Shown piece after piece: positions 59,666 through 64,000 of a stretch of DNA of 64,000 nucleotides; position 1 is the first letter of the stretch; the number at the start of each line of letters is the position of its first letter. The notes below the pieces were generated by a model. That model saw only the letters and a list, made by a program, of their open reading frames with translations, was not told the DNA's origin and ran no database searches. A program made the translations under genes and the position numbers. The DNA is taken from the sequence record DRR378314_409, one strand, 5' to 3'.

Positions 59666-60229
59666 ATGCGTGTTGTGAAGGGTCTCGTCTTTGTCGCTGC
59701 CTTAGTCTGTTGTAGTCTTGCCTTAAATGTATCAGCGATCATGGCCACGCCGAAAACGGTGTTGATCCTCTCAGAATCTGGGGTGCCGGCAAACAATATT
59801 TCGCAGATCCTTTTTAAAACCGTTGCGAAAAGAATATCCAATCAACTGGAGTTGGCGGGATTTACGGCAGAACAGACTGAAGAGCTTTCTGAACGCTCGG
59901 ATCCAGAGTTACTGGCAGAATTAAAGGCGGCGCGCCAAACTGGGGGCCTTCAGAAAGCTGTTGATTATGTGGCCTTAATTCAAATCACTGCTGATACAGT
60001 TCTTGAAGAGAAGGGCGCGATTATTCGCGTTGAAATTCAGGGGCGAATGCTGGATGTTCAATCGGGAAACCGCTTGGCACTGTTTGAACTGCCAGTCCCT
60101 CAGCAGCTCCTCGCGCCTCAGAATTGTAACCGGAATTGTATTTTGCGACTGCTGAATGACAATATCGAAAGTTTGGCTGACGGCTTAGGTCTTATCCTGG
60201 GGCAACGGTTGAACGCAGTCGACGAATAA
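59666..60229 (+). CDS. Hypothetical exported protein
   Basis: Signal-peptide-like N-terminus, alpha/beta pattern, CxxxC pair near the C-terminus. Confidence 0.65.
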   Translation: MRVVKGLVFVAALVCCSLALNVSAIMATPKTVLILSESGVPANNISQILFKTVAKRISNQLELAGFTAEQTEELSERSDPELLAELKAARQTGGLQKAVDYVALIQITADTVLEEKGAIIRVEIQGRMLDVQSGNRLALFELPVPQQLLAPQNCNRNCILRLLNDNIESLADGLGLILGQRLNAVDE

Positions 60230-60232
60230 GAG

Positions 60233-61336
60233 CTAGTCTCTCAATCCGTACGTGACGAACTCATTCTCATCAGGCGGGCCGTCCGAGACCTCAATCGTAA
60301 GTGCATCCAGATCCAGAATGGCTGCAGTGACTGTAATGGTCCGCATCGCTTCTGGGTCCTCAGGGTTGGGATGTCGGCAGATGGCTTTTGGATGGCCAAA
60401 CTTATCCTTGAGGCAGCTTTTTAGATGTTCGCTATCCCATTTTTGATTGTTTTGCCGGATTAACCGATCCAGACGCGGGGTCCGATAGAGGCTGCAGGGT
60501 GCAATCCGTTCAAATTCCGTTTCAATTCCAGTTCGATTGATGAAGTGGTTCCCGTGGGTTATCAATCCATTTTCCGGATACAGTGTATGAGCTACTTTGG
60601 CAGAGGATTCGATATCCAGAACCTCACCTCCCCTTTGGGCAATCACCCAATTGGTAGAGCAAACCCGGTCGGTTGAAAAAATGACTTTTAGAGCCTCATT
60701 CAGATGTGTGCTCCGCATGATGTCCTGGACCCGAATATGAAAGGGGCGGTGGTGAAGTTCCGTACCGTCACCGAGTGCGGATAACCCGTTAACACATAGG
60801 CCGACACCATATTCATTCAAACCAAACATGCCGGATACAATACCGGCTTGGGTCACAACCATATAATCAGGATGGTCCGAGCTGCGAACCCGGAGCAGAC
60901 AAACATGTCCCATGAGCCCTTCCAGCCAGTCCCAGTTTTGGCCAATCACTGTATGACCATTTGCCATATATTCGGGCTGAACTCCAAAAGACGTGCAGCC
61001 TTCCGGTTCGGTTGAAGGGATGTCGTTTGCGGCAGCAGCTTCGGACGTGTAAAGGGAGTAGGCAATTTCATAGCGGGCGTTCAGGAGCCCGATTTCAGTC
61101 AAAGAAATACCTGAACCCTCAGCTATTCCAGTCATTTCTTCAAAATAACCTTCATCATGTTCCCGAAATCGCTGGGTCCAGCTTTTCGCCTGTTCCATGA
61201 TTTGCGTATCCGTAGCCCCACCAACCAAAAACCGATTCTTATAGGTTTGAATATTGGCGCGAATGCTGTCTTTCATTTCGCGGCCATGGATCATGCCTCG
61301 TTCAAAAGGACTGCCTGAGAGTTCTAGTCTTTTCAT
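60233..61336 (-). CDS. Peptidase C45 family (Ntn-hydrolase, acyl-CoA:6-APA acyltransferase-like)
   Basis: G.P.ERG..HG, EEM.GIAEG, LNARYE, EG-CTS autocleavage site, GQNWDW, G.NE.G, H.NHF. Confidence 0.88.
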   Translation of the reverse strand: MKRLELSGSPFERGMIHGREMKDSIRANIQTYKNRFLVGGATDTQIMEQAKSWTQRFREHDEGYFEEMTGIAEGSGISLTEIGLLNARYEIAYSLYTSEAAAANDIPSTEPEGCTSFGVQPEYMANGHTVIGQNWDWLEGLMGHVCLLRVRSSDHPDYMVVTQAGIVSGMFGLNEYGVGLCVNGLSALGDGTELHHRPFHIRVQDIMRSTHLNEALKVIFSTDRVCSTNWVIAQRGGEVLDIESSAKVAHTLYPENGLITHGNHFINRTGIETEFERIAPCSLYRTPRLDRLIRQNNQKWDSEHLKSCLKDKFGHPKAICRHPNPEDPEAMRTITVTAAILDLDALTIEVSDGPPDENEFVTYGLRD

Positions 61337-61378
61337 TGCTTTTCCCGTTACGTCTTTTTTCTCAGCTTAAGTCAAATA

Positions 61379-61394
61379 TTGACCATCGGGCCAG
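61379..61394. promoter_or_regulatory. Second RutR-like site between the divergent C45 and upp genes (putative)
   Basis: TTGACCATCGGGCCAG, left half matches TTGACCA, three mismatches in the right half. Confidence 0.4.
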
Positions 61395-61481
61395 TTTTTT
61401 CTGGATTTTGGGTAATGACGACTTGCCGCCCGACTGAGGCTGGCTATATTCTGGGCGAAATTCAAACGACAGGTGTTCAGC

Positions 61482-62132
61482 ATGGCAATAGATCCCAGAT
61501 TTCCAAATCTTCATATTCTTGATCATCCTTTGATTGTTCATAAGCTCAGTCATATGCGGATGGAAAAAACCTCAACCAAGACCTTTCGGCAGCTGTTGAA
61601 AGAAATTGCACTGTTGATGGGGTATGAAATTACCCGGAACCTGCAAATGACGGTTGAAGATATTGTGACCCCAATCTGTCCTATGGAGGCACCGGTACTT
61701 GCTGGCAAGAAAGCAGCGATTGTTCCCATTTTGCGGGCTGGACTTGGCATGGCCGATGGGCTGTTGGAATTAATGCCAGCAGCACGTGTTGGGCATATTG
61801 GAATGTATCGGGATCCTGTGACCAAACGGCCAGTAGAATATTTGAAAAAGCTGCCAACGGCAGCGGACCGCCTTTATATCGCTGTGGATCCTATGCTAGC
61901 GACAGGATATACCGCCGCCGCTGGCGTCGATATTCTGTTAGATCATGGCGTGAAGGAAGAGGATATCAGCTTCATGGCGTTGGTCGCCGCCCCGGAGGGG
62001 GTTCAGGTGATGCTGGATGCTCACCCGAAAGTGAAGGTTTATGTGGCTGGTCTGGATGAAAAGCTTAATGAAAAAGCCTATATCGTTCCAGGGTTGGGGG
62101 ATGCGGGTGACCGCCTTTACGGCACGCTATAA
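61482..62132 (+). CDS. upp: Uracil phosphoribosyltransferase
   Basis: [42 protein letters not shown]. Confidence 0.96.
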   Translation: MAIDPRFPNLHILDHPLIVHKLSHMRMEKTSTKTFRQLLKEIALLMGYEITRNLQMTVEDIVTPICPMEAPVLAGKKAAIVPILRAGLGMADGLLELMPAARVGHIGMYRDPVTKRPVEYLKKLPTAADRLYIAVDPMLATGYTAAAGVDILLDHGVKEEDISFMALVAAPEGVQVMLDAHPKVKVYVAGLDEKLNEKAYIVPGLGDAGDRLYGTL

Positions 62133-62154
62133 CCGTTTCTGAAAGTTAAGAATC

Positions 62155-62188
62155 AAAAAACCCCTCTGTTCATGCAGAGGGGTTTTTC
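62155..62188. terminator. Bidirectional intrinsic terminator after upp
   Basis: AAAAAACCCCTCTG-loop-CAGAGGGGTTTTT. Confidence 0.88.
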
Positions 62189-62453
62189 TTTGGAAAATAA
62201 TTCCGTGGAGACTTGTGAACTAGCTTCCTGGACAATTGCAGCCATGACAGGGAGTTACCATGAGCGATTTGACACGTTTCTCATTCATCGTTTCAATGAA
62301 TAAAACGGCGAGATTAAGTAAACTGTATCTATGTCTAATCATGACAAACCTCATTTGGCTTTCATCGTTTATTTCGAGTATTAAGTTAAGGGAAAATTGC
62401 GACGTTGGCTGTGAGCATAATCACTTAATTCGCAGGTGCGGTATAATAGCCAC

Positions 62454-62597
62454 AAAAAAGGCCCCGATGGGGGTCGGGGCCTTTTTATTTTAGGATTGCC
62501 TGTGCTGCTTTGGGAGGTGGCAGGGCAATCCAGATTTTAGAAAAGATATGAATTATCATAGTGTTAAGTAATTTGGGGGAGCTTAACACGGAGAGGG
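62454..62597 (-). ncRNA. Candidate three-hairpin sRNA with C-rich anti-Shine-Dalgarno loops and intrinsic terminator
   Basis: Minus strand: GTGTTAAG-CTCCCCCAAATTA-CTTAACAC; GGATTGCC.CTGC-CACCTCCCAAA-GCAG.GGCAATCC; GGCCCCGA-CCCCCA-TCGGGGCC-TTTTTT; 5' end approximate. Confidence 0.6.
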
Positions 62598-62733
62598 ATT
62601 TATCAAATTCAACCTATCTAAAATCAATAACGCGTTGGCGTTACAATTCATTTAGGAAGTGGTTTCTAAAATTCCAAGACACAGAAGTGTGAGCGGTGTC
62701 ACAGACGGTAGAATCACTTGGGTGAAACAAAAA

Positions 62734-63582
62734 TCAAGGCCATTTAACCTCAGGCGGAAGGGACATGAGAATGGCTTCAGTATTACCGCCTGTTTTAAGT
62801 CCAAAAGTGGTGCCCCGATCATAGAGCAGGTTAAATTCGACGTAACGCCCGCGTTTGATCAATTGCTGTTCACGTTGTGCCTCACTCCACTCTTTGTTCA
62901 TGTGTTCACGAACAATTTGCGGATAGATATCGGCAAATGCTTTGCCCACATCCTGTGTGAAGGCAAAATCGGCAGCCCATTCAGTTTCCAGTTTGTCGTA
63001 GAAAATCCCGCCAACACCTCTTGGCTCTTTGCGGTGAGGGAGATAGAAATATTCATCACACCATTTTTTGAAGTCGGGATAGTATTTTGGGTTATGGCGA
63101 TCGCAGGCTGTTTTTAGCGCAGCGTGAAATTTATCAGAGTCCGATTCATTTGAAAACATGGGCGTTAAATCAGCGCCACCGCCGAACCAGGACCTTCCTG
63201 TGACAATATGTCGCGTGTTCATATGGACGGCAGGGACAAGCGGCGATCTCATATGGGCAACTAGCGAAATTCCGCTAGCCCAAAAAGTTCCTGAATTTTC
63301 GGTTCCAGGGATGTTCGCTCTGAATTCCGGGGAGAATTCGCCATGTACAACCGAAATATTAACCCCAACCTTCTCGAAAACACGTCCTTTCATGACAGAC
63401 ATTTCACCCCCGCCGCCGCCGGGGCGGTCCCATTTTGTCACCTCAAAGCGACCGGGCGGCAGGTCGCTATGTTGACCAATGAGCTCATCTTCCAGCGCCT
63501 CAAACCGGTTCCGAATGTCGTCGCGAAGATCTTTAAACCACTGTGAGGCTTGAGTTTTTTGATTTTCTATCTGGTCAGTCAT
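62734..63582 (-). CDS. hemF: Oxygen-dependent coproporphyrinogen-III oxidase
   Basis: [58 protein letters not shown]. Confidence 0.96.
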   Translation of the reverse strand: MTDQIENQKTQASQWFKDLRDDIRNRFEALEDELIGQHSDLPPGRFEVTKWDRPGGGGGEMSVMKGRVFEKVGVNISVVHGEFSPEFRANIPGTENSGTFWASGISLVAHMRSPLVPAVHMNTRHIVTGRSWFGGGADLTPMFSNESDSDKFHAALKTACDRHNPKYYPDFKKWCDEYFYLPHRKEPRGVGGIFYDKLETEWAADFAFTQDVGKAFADIYPQIVREHMNKEWSEAQREQQLIKRGRYVEFNLLYDRGTTFGLKTGGNTEAILMSLPPEVKWP

Positions 63583-63592
63583 CGGTCTTTCC

Positions 63593-64000
63593 TTATTCTT
63601 TTCCCGGGAATGCATCGGTCTGGCGAAGGCCTTCCCCCAAAACCATCGCAGCGGAGAGGGCCACGTTAATGGATCGGGCGCCTTCCTGCATCGGAATGGT
63701 CAATCTTGCCTCCACTGTTTCATGAACGTCCTCAGGAACTCCAGCGCTTTCCCGACCCAACAGTAGGATATCATTTGGTTGAAACTGGAAATCTGTATAA
63801 GGTCCACTTGCTTTTGTCGTTAGCAACAAAACCCGTTTATTCTGGGTGTTTTGCCGAAACTGGGCCCATGAAGCATGACGCGTTACACGGGCAAGATTTG
63901 CATAATCCATAGCAGCCCGGCGCAAGTCTTTTGCCCCAAATGGAAAACCGCATGGATCGATAATGTGAACCGGGCAGTTCATGCATGCCCCGAGGCGGAT
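63593..64000 (-). CDS. trmL: tRNA (cytidine/uridine-34-2'-O)-methyltransferase, 5' end outside window
   Basis: [29 protein letters not shown]...RSINVA SPOUT motifs. Confidence 0.9.
   Translation of the reverse strand: MRLGACMNCPVHIIDPCGFPFGAKDLRRAAMDYANLARVTRHASWAQFRQNTQNKRVLLLTTKASGPYTDFQFQPNDILLLGRESAGVPEDVHETVEARLTIPMQEGARSINVALSAAMVLGEGLRQTDAFPGKE

Noticed and set aside
62260-62493. 77-aa plus-strand ORF with a GGAG upstream
   Set aside because: Runs through a strong terminator hairpin and has no recognisable features; not supportable as a CDS
1-64000. Mobile elements, prophage, CRISPR, rRNA/tRNA, defence systems
   Set aside because: No transposase, integrase, phage, cas or structural RNA signatures recognised by eye

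Overview
Chromosomal window of an alphaproteobacterium (inferred from gene content: cobW/cobN cluster, ALDH16-deoC nucleoside operon, CtrA-like boxes; roughly 50% GC). From left to right: allA (partial), a GNAT, an MMPL transporter and hrpB; a ~21 kb cobalamin biosynthesis cluster with a cobalamin riboswitch and a mix of early-cobalt (cbiX, cbiD, cbiG) and late-cobalt (cobN, cobW) genes; several orphan genes; a ~12 kb type I secretion locus; usp, nitroreductase and skp; a nucleoside uptake and salvage operon (BMP ABC transporter, PNP, deoC, ALDH16, deoA, deoB, add); a C45 hydrolase, upp, a candidate sRNA, hemF and trmL (partial). The most interesting part is 30669-42640, a Lap-type T1SS (LapB/LapC/LapE-like) with no LapD and no giant adhesin in the window. 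It carries two LapG-family proteases, one canonical and one with the catalytic Cys replaced by Ser. Each is adjacent to a membrane receptor with a periplasmic domain, PAS and a degenerate HD-GYP domain. It also has a 114-aa stand-alone protein resembling a bare T1SS C-terminal secretion signal. No CRISPR array, rRNA, tRNA or mobile element was recognised. All calls are from motif recognition by eye; no searches were run.
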